Origin: Enoplolaimus lenunculus
Lineage: Eukaryota
NCBI GenBank assembly: GCA_030248215.1
Contig: JASANG010002537.1
Coordinates: 186,001 to 250,000, forward strand
Length of the DNA stretch: 64,000 bases
Reading direction: 5' to 3'
Shown here one piece after another: positions 52,101 through 63,180 of the stretch. The position numbers were made by a program, and so were the translations under genes. The notes under the pieces were generated by a model, which ran no database searches, was not told where the DNA came from, and saw nothing but the letters and a program-made list of their open reading frames with translations. Numbering within the stretch: the stretch's first letter is position 1; every line of letters begins with the position of its first letter.

Positions 52101-55100
52101 CCAACAACATTTATACAAAAGAAATCCATAAACTTTGGACTGCACAAACAGCGAACAGTGTATATACAGCTGCCTTGCTAATATTCACAGTAAATGTAAC
52201 TGCTGTCATAAGTTAAACGGGATGTTAAACATTCATATTAGCAATAGCATCGAAACTAAAATGGCTAAAATCTTTTGGACCACAGTTTTAGAATCTCATG
52301 CCCAGGAAATTTTTTTGAAAAGGTAGGTATACACTTTTGAACGCAAAAAGTATTTTTGTCACACAAAATACCCAGATTTTCAGAATAGTGTTACATATAG
52401 AAACATTATTCTTAGTCGAAAAATTACTATTCTGCTGTATGCTCACTTTCTCAAAGTAAACAGGTCGCAAATTTGTTCCCTTCGCTCGCATATCTCACAT
52501 GTATAACCCAAAAGCAAAACGTGTTTTTCAAGATGTGTTATTTTTGCAGAAATGGTCTCTAAAACTATCTTTTGCTCAGAAAAAGTATATTTGGTCCAGG
52601 AAAACGCCCGTATACCACGAACAAATAAATATTGCTTCATACCTTCACGAGTTTCTTGCAGTTTTCGTTTACGCGAAGAGAAATCGTTTACTTTGACGCA
52701 TTCTACATCATCTTTTTTCGCAGTTAATTTTTGAGTTCGTACTCCTGTGTATCGAGTTTTCCAGGAATCTTTGATCTAAAAGAGCAATAATTCGTTTAAG
52801 AAATTTCTCTAATAAGCGGACGGTGCGTGAAACCCCTTTACATTCGTATGGAAAGCCCTATATACATGAGAGCACTCTTTTTCGCTCCTACATCACATCT
52901 CCTCATCTAATTGATGCTTGGCGCAGAGTACCTGCGCCACAACTTACTCGGTCTACCTTTAAATATATACGTATTAGGTGTCTACCTCGGGAAAGCGCCA
53001 AGAGCATTAAACAGTTAATTGAAGTTATTTTGAAACATACCTTTGAAAAATTGACCGGAACGGAACATGAAACAGACGGCGGCAGCGTTTTTGGCGCAGA
53101 ACTAATAATTACTGTTTGTGGTTGTCTTAACCTCGGCACGTTTCTTCTGCGAATACTTCTCGTACGACGGGTTCGATGGATGAAAGGTCGTAGTCGTTTA
53201 TCTGTCGATGACAATCTAGTGGCAAAATAGCGTTGCGGCGCCGTCGTGGTCACGTTTGTACAAATCTTACGTATTTTAGCAGCAGGTCCAATACTGATAC
53301 GTTGCTGAAAAGTGGAACCAAAAGCTACTACTTTGTCGCCACATGTTGTTGATTCAACTGAGCGGTTAGCAAACCTCTTTAAGGCCTCAGTACTACGTAT
53401 CGTAGGCTTAACCGTACATTCGGGCATGGAAGATCTTGTAGTCGGCTGTGAAGGCTGTTTTTGTTTCAGACTACTAGCGTGAGAAATATGGACTGACGGC
53501 TGTTTTTGATGCGTATCGCCTTGCGGTTGATCATCTCTCATCTGAGATGGCTGTTTTTCTTGTTGCCTGGGGGATTGTTGCGCTAGTTCCAGAAGCGGCA
53601 ACGACATGTTGTGTTTCTGTCGAAGCTGGCGTCTTGGCAGTTCTTGCTGTTGCAACGGTGAATGTTGCCGTCGCTGCTGTCCGTGTGGTTTTTGGGGTTG
53701 ATGATCTTTGTATAACGGAGATTCCTTGCTTTCCGGCAACTGTTGAATTGTCAAGTGTTTTTGTCGAATTTGGTGCTTGTCTTCTTGATATTTCTGATTT
53801 TGTTGTTGATGCGCCATGTTATTTTCTTCATGTAGCGTTTTCATGGGTGAGGTTTCACAGTTTTCGGGATCAAGCAGGGTACCATAGCAATGTTTTTCCT
53901 CACGTTGCGTGCGCTCAACCAATTGTTGAAGTAGCTGTTGCGATACTTTTTCGTACTGCTGCAGCTGATTATCTTCCGTTCTATGCTTCCATTCTGATTT
54001 CTCTACCTCATATCCTTTGATATATCCGTTCGGGTGTTGTTCTTGTTCCTCATTGTCATTGTTTACGTTATATTTCTGTTGTCCGCTCTGAAGCACACTA
54101 GGGAAGAACTCCAGTCGTCGTTCAAATTCTTGCTGTTGTTTAATCGGCATCAACTGCTCTCGTTCATCATTAAAGTTTTGATCAGCATGTTGCTGTAGCT
54201 GACTGTTCTCGCACTCCGGGACAGGCAATTCTATTTCAGGATCGTGCAATTTCTCTGTGTCTTCCATCAAACATTTGTTATCACCGGAGCACAAAGAATC
54301 ATTCGATTTGTCCGAATTAGGTATAGGCGATGGCAATGTCACCTCATTACAAACGGATTCCGGACAATTATTGTCCCGTGGCAAGGGAGCCGAATTTCGA
54401 GGTGTTAACATACCCTGGGTTCCACAACGAGACACAACCGGTGTAGACAATGCTTCCGACAGTTTTATACTGGAAGCCAGATGCGGCAGTGTATGTTTTT
54501 GCTGATGTTGCTGCCCAATTATAGTCGTTGCATTTGTCAGCGGATTAGCAATACGAGTGGGCAACAGCTTAGAATCCATCGCAGTACCATGGTCTGTTTC
54601 GCCAAAATACACCAATTCCACAGGCTGGGTTTTTAAAAGCTCGGTTCGACTTGGTAACACGCGAACGAGAGTATTTGGTTCTGTCGTTGTAAGCAGTTCC
54701 GTGGCGTCAAGTGACTGACCTTGTAGCTCACGAAGGATTGCAGTGAATTTCGGCGTTTTTGGTGACGAGGTATTTATCTCATCATCGTTGTCTCCAATAC
54801 TGCTACTATCCGTACTAGCCGTTTCGTCGTCACATTCGCCATCAGCTAAACATTGATTGTCAAGATTCAGCTCAACGTCGTTATTATTATTATTATTATT
54901 ATCACTAACATTACTGTCATTATAATCACATTTATAGCTGGCAAACGCTATCGATCCTTTACTGCCACCCAGCAATAGTGAACGTTTAGTCGAACTGTCA
55001 AATTTCGTCTCATCTGCAGAATTGTCGATGATTGGGCTCGCGTTAAGGGTGGTACGCGATTGTTTCGACTCAGCATCTGGTGGAACATAACCAGTTTTGT

Positions 55101-58100
55101 CAAAGATTACCGACACTGCGCTTATATTGTCTGCACGCACGGAACCCCAACGCAGTAGCGCATGCCGCACTATGAATCGGGCATGATTCTTGTGACCCAG
55201 AATTTCCTACAAATCAGTAATGGCAATTATTAAACCGAACCGTTACCAGCACGTTTTACAATGCAAAAAATACGCACAATTACGTACATACTAACTGGAC
55301 AACCGAACTAAACGTCTTTGCTTTGAATCTTGCGAAACCTGCAAAATAAACACCGTTAACTAAGTGACGGAAGAGTTAGTTAACTTTTCAAATCAGGCGT
55401 AACGCTTACAGTGAAAAGTTTGTTACGTATTAACCTTTGACGCCTAAATGAATTTCAAGACAATTTGATAATTCTCTGGTGATCTTACAAAATTTCCAGT
55501 TTTCAAAATCTTTAACGGATGAAAATACTTACGAGCCTGCTTGAAAATAAAGCAATACCATGCAGTCACAACAGAGTAGTAGTTCAAACATACGAGAAAT
55601 TTCATATTTAAAAACCTAAACGGTAAAAGGGCTTTCTTCGTCAATTTTAAACTATCGCATGAGCGTAGTCTGTGGGGGCAAGGTAATGATGGCTCCCACA
55701 ATGATTCCTAATTTTGGTAACAAATATGTATTATAAAACCACTTGAGTTTTGTATAAAATGAAAATCTCCACATTTGGCGTGACCCTTCTCAAACAAAAG
55801 TCTTGGCTGCGCCCATGGCCAGTGTGTCTATGCTTTGCACTGTAATATAGACCAACACACCCGTTTTTGCAAATTATCTAACGCTGTTTCGCATTTATAT
55901 TCATGAGAGTTGATGACTTCAACTGCATGGGCCGGGCGAACTACGTTCCAGACACCATCAGATCCCAAAATCAAGCAACTCAACCCAGAAGTAATTTCAT
56001 GCACTGATACATCTGGATCTGGCGACACAACGAATTTATCTAGAGCCGAATTGTACGACCATAGGTCACCTAAAAATAACAGCCTTTCATATTAGTCCTA
56101 ATTTAGGCTTAACCAATTAAGTTAATATACAAATTATATATTAGCTAACAGTTCGTTTAACGGCTGTGAAGGTTTATAAACAATTTATTCGATTCCTCGC
56201 ATCCAAAAACCTTGTTAATACTGAAATGAGATTGGTTATAACACCAATAATCAGTGAAATAATTTAAAAAGCCATAACTTAGAATTAACCAATTTAGTTA
56301 ATATGCAAATTAGCTATTAGCTAACTACTCATTTATAGGTTTTGTAGTTTGATGCACTTGTAACCAGGGTGCGACCGGAATTTCGATTCAAAACGAGTTC
56401 CGGTTCCGCTTCGGAGTCCGATTGCGCAATCAATCCGAATCGAATTTTGTCTCGTCATTTAAGCAAATATGCAAATTAGCTTTTAGCTAACTATTCGATA
56501 ATCGCTTTTAATGGTTTGTAGACAATTTATTCAGATTCCTCGCACCCGAAAACACATTATTGCTGAAATTAGATTGCTTGTATCCCTAATAATTAGTAAA
56601 ACATCGTAAAAAGAAAAACGCCTAATTTAGGCTTATCAATTATGCTTATATGCAAATTATCTATTAGCTAAGTACTCAATTATCGGTTTTAGACGTTTGT
56701 AAACCATTTATTCAGATTTCTCGCACCAAAAAATCTTCAGTAAACCCTAATAATTATTGAAATAATTTAAAAAGTCCTAATTTTGACTGTAAACAGTCTA
56801 CGCAGATTCCTCGCACCCAAAAATCCTTTAGTGCTAAAATTAGATTGCTTCTAACTGTAATAATTAGTGAAATATTGTGGAAAGTCCTAATTTAGGCTTA
56901 ATTATGCAAATTAGCCTGCAGCTAATAAACGGCTTAACATTTTAAAACCCCAATGGGAGGTTAACCCCAATGCGAGGTTAACACCCCAGGATAATTGGCT
57001 TTCAAACAAAAAGTTTATCAAAATCGGTTCAGCCGTTCCTGAGATTCTTTTAGGACGGACAGACAGACAGATGGACGGGACATCCAACTTTCGACCCCCA
57101 AGTACAAAACATAAACGCATGGCTTATGTAGTGCGACTACTGGTGATGATACACGTTACAGCGTACACTACACACTGCTGAGAATGCGGCTCCTTCGTAT
57201 AAATAGTAACAGTCAAACGATGTGCTGTTGGGCAGGGTGCAACCAAAATTACGGCTCCGGTATTTTTTCACCTTCCGGTTATTGGTCGGCGGAAATTAAG
57301 ACATTTTACTAGAAATGACGATAAAAATTAAATAGATTTCATTCATATACTATATAAACCTTGACAATCGCCGAAAATAAGCGATCGAAGTAGACTGCGT
57401 TTCCGTGGATTATGAAAATACCTATCTCCAACTAGGGTTATTTTACCAGTAACATTGAAAAAAGAAAATTAAAATGAATTCTTTGGTGGCATATATTTTT
57501 AAATTTGCGGTTCCGGTAGCGTTTCTATTTTTTAAAATTCCGGTCCCGGTTCCGGTAAATTGTAATTCCGGTTGCACCCTGCAATTGGGCAATGCTTACT
57601 ACCGGTTTCACGTGCCACTTACCAAGCGATCTAGCAACTGCTAGAAACGGTATGCGGTCCAGCGGCGTTGAACGTCTGATTGGCCCTGTATGAGATGGGC
57701 GCTTTGGCCGAGCCCAAACCACCCGAACAACGCCTGATTTGCATGCAATAGATCCACCAGATTCTCGAATCCGCACGTGTTCAGTCGGTGAATCAGGTTT
57801 ATGGTCAACAGTAAGCTGCCGCGGTACTAAAGGCATTGGCGGCTCAGGTTTCATACTCTTTCGTGCTATTCTTCGTTGCATTATTGCTTCGACGTGAGCA
57901 CAATTTTGAAGACAGTCGCCTTTCGTAAGAACTAAAATAATTACGGTACTGCACGCACGGTGGCACTTATAGCTGCACCATAAGTGTTATCTGAACAGCT
58001 ACGCAATGTAGTGCCGATCACAATCAGTTTTCCCGAGCAGCTTGATAAAGAACTGTCACCATCACTTTTATCAGTTTGTTATATACCTCTAAACTATGTT

Positions 58101-60959
58101 ATAATCAATTTTCAAATTCGCACTAGCCATGATAACTTCGCGACAGCCAACTATTTGCGACTTACATTCTCTTCCATTTTTCACCATTTTCAAGCACAAT
58201 TTTACACAATAATCATTCTGAATGCTTACCGCTGCGATGTCCAGCAACTATAGCTGAATCACCTACGTGACCAACATAAATTTTTCCGTTCCGAATAAAA
58301 GCAACTGATGCGGTTGTTCCTGATGTACTTGTATAGCCAGATGCAGTTCGCGGCCATCGATCTACAAAAACAGTCTGCATTGATGAGTACAATGGGCATA
58401 GCACCTTCATAAGCACCCACGATTACTTTGTCTGTGATCTAGATATTACAGAATTTTTGCTCATAAGTTTCAGATTTGGATTTCCGCGAAGAAAAATTTA
58501 GGTCAGTGTAATATTCAAGCCCACAAATGTACACTGCTTAGAAACTAATGAATTCTTGCCACCTCCATTTTACAGTACCGAGGGAAAACGAGATGTCCTT
58601 AACAGTAACGAGTGAGATGTTAAGCTTTGTCAAGTAAACATTTCGGATACCTTAGGCCACGAAATAAAGAATTGTTAGCTACGTTCTGATATGACGAATG
58701 TCATCTAGTATTACATTTGAATTAATTATCCGGCTCCAGCTCCGGTCTCGGCTGGATATTAGATTATTTAGATTATCCGGCTCCGGCATAACATTTTTTA
58801 TTAAATCGAATTTTCCGACATTAAACTGAATCCAAATCTCCGGTCGATCTCAATATATATCAGGGATCGACCAAATATCCAGTTCACTTTAATGTCTGTA
58901 AAAAATCTACATCAAAATCTAGTTATGATATTGACATAAACGTAACGGATACTGGGTATTTGTAGTTCCGATCTCCAATAGAAAAAACTACTTTTTACAT
59001 GAGAAAATGAAATACCAGATATTTTGCTGGGACTGCGACACAAGGTTCCCTTTTAATATCACGTAAAAACTGATATCCGTATCCCGCATAAACCTACCGG
59101 ATACCGGATATTTGCGGTTGTGGTGCCGAATAACATAAACCTGCTTTTCACAAGTGGACGCCTTTAACGTCTTGCTGAATTTCATTTCTGGGAAATTCAA
59201 AAAGTTCAAGTTTTCATACGTTTCTTCAACTTTTAACTTATGTTGCAGTTTATCAGCAGCAATTATGAACTCTGTGACGGACTAAAACCTTAAGCACGCT
59301 GGACATACAGCAAACAAAATAAATTAAACATATACAATATCCTTTAGCCAGTTCCTGTTCCGGTAAAAAAGTCAAATGTCCGTATCCGGTCTATATTGGG
59401 TAAATTAATATCCGGTCGCACCCTGCAGTGCAATCACAACCAGAAATTTTTAGACGGAATACTATTTTCTTTCATGGCGAGTTTTACGCCCTATCCACAC
59501 ATGCTCGTTTTTTCAGCAAAAAAACTTGCACTGCCACTTGCATGTGTCAGTTTGGTCTCAAAACTATTCTGAAGCTCTTGCAGCTGCAAATTATTCACTG
59601 GAATTCGTGTTATTATTCGCACGGGTGTGAACACACTTGTAAGTCGCTTGAATTTCTTACACCTGCATTTCGATTGGCCAACTAGAAGACATGATATTTA
59701 GCGCTTCAGACTGACTGGACTTGGTTTAGGAGATTCAGTGAAACAGGTTTGATACCCTGCAAATTTGTGACATTTTTGGTAATAATTTTTAAACGGATGG
59801 ACCAAATGTGACGACTTTGGTTTCATTTTACCTCGTTCATGGCAAAAAGTTAGTCCGTTCCCGCTTCTCCGTTTTTATAAGTTTCAGCTGAATGTTTTTT
59901 CAAAAATTGAATGAATGTCGTTTACGTGACATGACTACAGACTCAACAATTGTCTGTCAACACTCAAAATCAGGTATAGGCCAACTGAAAACTGGTGTTT
60001 AGGAAGAGCGAGACTCCTATCCCTAACCTTTTCCAGCCATTAAAACCACTTGTTTTGCTATCTGAATCTACGAAATGTTACACATGTGCGTACGTTCTAA
60101 ACCTACCAACTTCTTTCCACATTGCATGATGGGTTGCCAAAAATCCTTCTCGTATTGCAGAGAGCACTTCATCATCCTTTTCTGAATGAAAGGATTTTAT
60201 GGAAACAATGTTGCTCATTAAATGTTTGCGTGCAAATTGGGATGCATGATATCCGCCATGACCATCGAATACGCCAACAAAAACATATTGCACGCTACCT
60301 TAAAAGTAAATATAACATTGAGCAGTATCACAACTTCAAACATCTGTAGTGCGTAGTCGGCTTTAACTAACACTGTGACCGAACAGAGCATTCATATCAT
60401 CTGCACACAAAGTAAATACGTACACTTCACTTTAAACAAGTGATAAAAGTCGTTTGTAACAGTGATACTGAATGATACTTTTTTAATATTGTTCAATGGC
60501 CAGGCCATCACGCAAATTGTCAAGTCTCGGGATTTGGCTGGTCTCGGTCTCACTTTTTCAGTCTCGGTGGTTTGCAAATCGAGATCAAAAAGGTGAAAAA
60601 GCAACAAGCAATCACAAAAACTTTCCTTGGATCGCAACTTTGGCCCGGAAGTATCTGAGCATTTCGCCTACCAACACAGACAGCAAACGACTGTGGAGCA
60701 CCGCTACCTGGTTGTACAGCGATTGAAGGAACAGAATGACCCCTCCGGTTACCCAAAATTCAGCTCCTTCCTAACCAGATACGAGTTGCGAAGGTAACTT
60801 CATTTACCTATAAAATGCATGCACTTACTTAACAGCAAAACATAAAAGAAAAAATTACGTACCATCAGCAGCGCGGCTAACATGCACAGCGACCGAATCT
60901 TCCATGTACCGACGTCCGCCTTGCGACATACATGCCGAAATTCTCAGATAAGTGCCCAT
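31714..60959 (-). CDS. predicted PPM1D(Wip1)-DNA-PKcs C-terminal chimeric protein, ~40 exons, ~2,560 aa
   Basis: Manual phase-consistent exon chain: 60959-60863, 60298-60107, 58361-58230, 57931-57623, 56069-55861, 55206-53041, 52775-52643, 52072-51887, 50141-50008, 49145-49008, 48437-48240, 47825-47738, 47245-47116, 46107-45969, 45760-45677, 45416-45312, 44750-44613, 44393-44295, 44157-44055, 43795-43690, 43212-43038, 41565-41388, 41010-40829, 40547-40415, 40144-39972, 39534-39412, 39164-39085, 38485-38398, 38118-38019, 37660-37599, 37299-37237, 37001-36771, 36513-36293, 35896-35813, 35428-35282, 35012-34808, 34182-33994, 33023-32884, 32568-32399, 31775-31714. No internal stop found; one GC donor is used. 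Confidence 0.75.
31916..32220 (+). mobile_element. left half of the GC-rich TIR element seen at 50198-50928
   Basis: gcttctccacagcttgaaaatttccgccgggg..caaaccgactttttggacca..gaaagaagcacaattatat is nearly identical to 50200-50467; it is interrupted at 32222 by a Helitron-like end. Confidence 0.75.
32222..32330 (-). mobile_element. terminal fragment of the Helitron/Helentron-like family
   Basis: ccagtcgtagtgggactacatttattgagcgaagctcga..gtaagcaattaagg is the reverse complement of ~13280-13337. Confidence 0.65.
33279..33690. mobile_element. CAGGGTTCCAAC-type MITE (relatives at 5908-6078, ~14520-14833, 46797-47084, 61081-61210)
   Basis: Shared (c/t)agggttcca(a/t)c terminus and recurring ggaacaggaatt / aattcctgttcc subterminal motifs. 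Confidence 0.55.
42140..42800. repeat. dispersed repeat family with gagaccgagacc motifs (copies at 51215-51505 and 60530-60760)
   Basis: cttggatcgca.ctttggccc..gcatttcgcctaccaaca.agacagc is shared by 42186-42245 and 60626-60685; 42390-42475 is the reverse complement of 51215-51300. Confidence 0.7.
47443..48178. repeat. ~55-bp inverted repeat pair flanking a coding exon
   Basis: cataatagcacagcacgggttaacggtgcacccttt (47443-47478) versus aaagggtgcaccgtcaacccgtgcaatgctattat (48143-48177), extending inward to agtccagtt / aactggact. Confidence 0.8.
50198..50928. mobile_element. GC-rich TIR MITE (~730 bp) in the intron at the linker/DNA-PKcs boundary
   Basis: Termini gcttctccacagc / gctgtggagaagc; subterminal ctgggggg and gccggggg repeats at both ends. 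Confidence 0.7.
53041..55060 (-). other. long low-complexity linker (acidic, then Q/H-rich, then basic) within a 2166-nt exon
   Basis: ORF 52903-55170: poly-N encoded by a (TTA)n tract near 54881-54901, an acidic DECDDET..DNDDE patch, Q-rich QQHQQKH, QQQQEL, HQQQNQ runs, and basic RRTRSIRRR. Confidence 0.8.
55095..60959 (-). CDS. PPM1D: PP2C-family phosphatase domain, PPM1D/Wip1 orthologue
   Basis: [43 protein letters not shown], the Wip1 B-loop [59 protein letters not shown] and RADNISAV. All PP2C metal-binding aspartates are present. Confidence 0.95.
56090..57142 (-). mobile_element. Helitron/Helentron-like (DINE-1/HINE-type) non-autonomous element with internal tandem units; partial MITE nested at ~56365-56460
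   Basis: Repeated gattcctcgcac..ctaataatta..atgcaaatta..attagctaa units, aaaatcggttcagccgttcc, a (GACR)n microsatellite at ~57053-57078, and the end GTAGT-gcg-ACTAC-TGG|T. Confidence 0.6.
57233..57581. mobile_element. hAT-like MITE
   Basis: TIRs cagggtgcaacc / ggttgcaccctg; degenerate 8-bp TSD ctgttggg / caattggg. Confidence 0.7.
58861..59425. mobile_element. CAGGG-ended MITE
   Basis: Termini cagggatcgacc / ggtcgcaccctg; interior shared with 26221-26645. Confidence 0.6.
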
Positions 60960-61608
60960 TGATATTTTTTGAGTTTTCAAATATGAAATACATAAGATTT
61001 ATTTGGGTGATTACCTCTTAAATAAAAGAGTACTTAAAACAGATACGTATATATACAAAATTTGAATAACTGAAAAATTTAGGGTTCCAACAGGAACTAA
61101 ATTTTGCTAGAACAAGGCCAGAAACAGGAATTGCACTTCTTTGCAGGAATAGAAACAGCAACCGTAATTTGAAATAAAATTCATCAGCGAATTACTGTTG
61201 GACCTTTTAGAAATCTCGGCAAAAAATGGTTTAAGTGAGTTTTTAGTTATTATTTCATGTTCATCTCAATGCGGCGGATCAGAAAATTTCAATGTAGATA
61301 ATTGAACGTAGTGCCATACCCTGCATTATTTATTAAGCACACATTTTACAGTAAGTCTGTATATAATAATTTTTGCAGAATAATTTTTAGAATATTTTTA
61401 GAACATTTTTACACGCGCAACGCCGATTCGCAGTACTTCGAGGAATTGTGTGGTCGCGACCGTCGGAGAAGTTTGTATTCGTGGTCCAGGACGACCGCCT
61501 AAAGAAGGGGGAATGTGAGTACACGCGCTGCAGCTAGTGTATGTGCAGAGTGTGCAATGTTAAGACACATACTCGTGCACGTATACCACCAGAGAAAATT
61601 ATGATATC

Positions 61609-61681
61609 GGCCGCGTGGTGTAATGGGTAGCGCGCTTGACTCACTAGTGAGAGGTCCAAGGTTCGATTCCCGGCGTGGCCA
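61609..61681 (+). pseudogene. tRNA-like sequence (SINE head or pseudo-tRNA; nominal anticodon CAC)
   Basis: Acceptor GGCCGCG/CGTGGCC, A-box TGGTGTAATGG, B-box GGTTCGATTCC. The anticodon and T stems are mismatched. The downstream cgcagtac.tcgaggaat body is repeated at ~61429 and ~61722. Confidence 0.6.
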
Positions 61682-61824
61682 TATGTTTCGGATAAATTTA
61701 GGGGAAAAAATCATGGATATTCGCAGTACATCGAGGAATGAAGTCGTCTCGACCATGTAGTTCTGACTGTCCGACTAGGTAGGAACCGGGACATCAGACC
61801 TTTGTGCTAAGCAACTGGAAAAGC

Positions 61825-61896
61825 GGGCTAGAGCGGGATCGAACTCTCAGCCTATGGATTCTTAAGCGAGCACTCTACCATTGCGCCACGCAGCCC
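61825..61896 (-). pseudogene. tRNA-like sequence (SINE head or pseudo-tRNA; nominal anticodon AAG)
   Basis: Minus strand GGGCTGCGTGGCGCAATGGTAGAGTG..TTAAGAA..GAGTTCGATCCC..TAGCCC: A and B boxes intact, anticodon stem unpaired. Confidence 0.55.
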
Positions 61897-63180
61897 GCCT
61901 GTCCAACTACCATTTTCGTCAACTATATTTGTCGACCGTATGCTGCCAGCTAGCATACGTACAGTGCACTGCACTGTATTGCATGTGCACATAACGGGCA
62001 AGCATGTCTCACATGCTTACACTGACAATAAAACAAAAACAACATAAAAACAACATAAAAACACACATAATACCAATAAAACAAATTTTACGGTTGTGGT
62101 CCCGAATAACATAAAACTGTTTTTTCTTTTTAGATTGTGGAAATAGGTACAACACATTGTGCTGCAGCAACTCCAGGCATGCAAAGAAGCAAATAATTTT
62201 AAATCAGACCGCCGAAGGAGCGCTAAAAGTTTCCTCTCGCATAAGTGCGTAGGCAATGCCAATGATACACCCATTATTCAGTGTTCGATTTTTTCCACCA
62301 AAACGCTTTTTTCCAGTTACTTGAGAAAAAATTGTAAAATTTTTACTGGATAGTGAATTCTGCTTCACACCAATAAAAATCAGCTATAAATTATCGAACA
62401 ATACTAAGCTACTATAGTAAAAACTTACTAGATGTATATTTACCGCAAGAATACCGTGGTTAAATTAGCAGTTCTCGCATTTTCCGCGGTCTATCGCCCT
62501 GTTTTTGAATTATACACAGAAATCCCAACTAGCTAAGAGACTTATTTGAAGTTACCTATGCGTACAAAGTATGTTATTGAAAGTATACGATAATAACAAA
62601 CATTATAACAAGAATAACTTTTAAAGTGCACATATTTATAAAAAATGACCATCCTTTTAGGCGTCTCCGTCGTCTCTACGAGTCTCAACGAACTTTGTTT
62701 ATACACTGCGTTAAATGTCAACACGTCATTGTCTGAACTTTAGACGTTGAAAATGGTCTTGGCGTCAATATTTGCTTGCTCTGAGATCATTATCAAAAAG
62801 TGTTATTGTCACGAGACTACGTGTATGGCACTGAAATTTTCCTTGCCCCTCGGAAGGGACTCAAATTCGTGCAATGAGTGTTTACACGACTTGTTTGCAC
62901 ACATTTCATAGAATTGTGAGTTTATAAATGTATACACGTGTAATTGACCCGATGAATGTCTCTAGTCTAAAGCAGGCCGTTATGAAAGTCCAGTGTATAC
63001 GCGTGTAATGAGACGAGCTTGAATGTGTATTTTGATGCTGTTGCCAGTTGGGTGGGTGGGATGTTTTTTACATCTGCGTTTTCATTCTTCTTCTCATTTG
63101 ACAGTGATATAAATACTGAAGCGGAAACTCAGTTATTTACAAAATGTTTATTTTTAAACTCTAAGTCAGTTGCACATATT

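Noticed and set aside
53547..54505. Plus-strand ORFs (157 aa, 82 aa), and similar ones at 540-2431
   Set aside because: They are antisense shadows of long minus-strand coding exons.
61609..61896. Functional tRNA-Val(CAC) and tRNA-Leu(AAG) genes
   Set aside because: Anticodon and T stems are mismatched, the Leu-like copy lacks a long variable arm, and a repeated SINE-like body follows the first.
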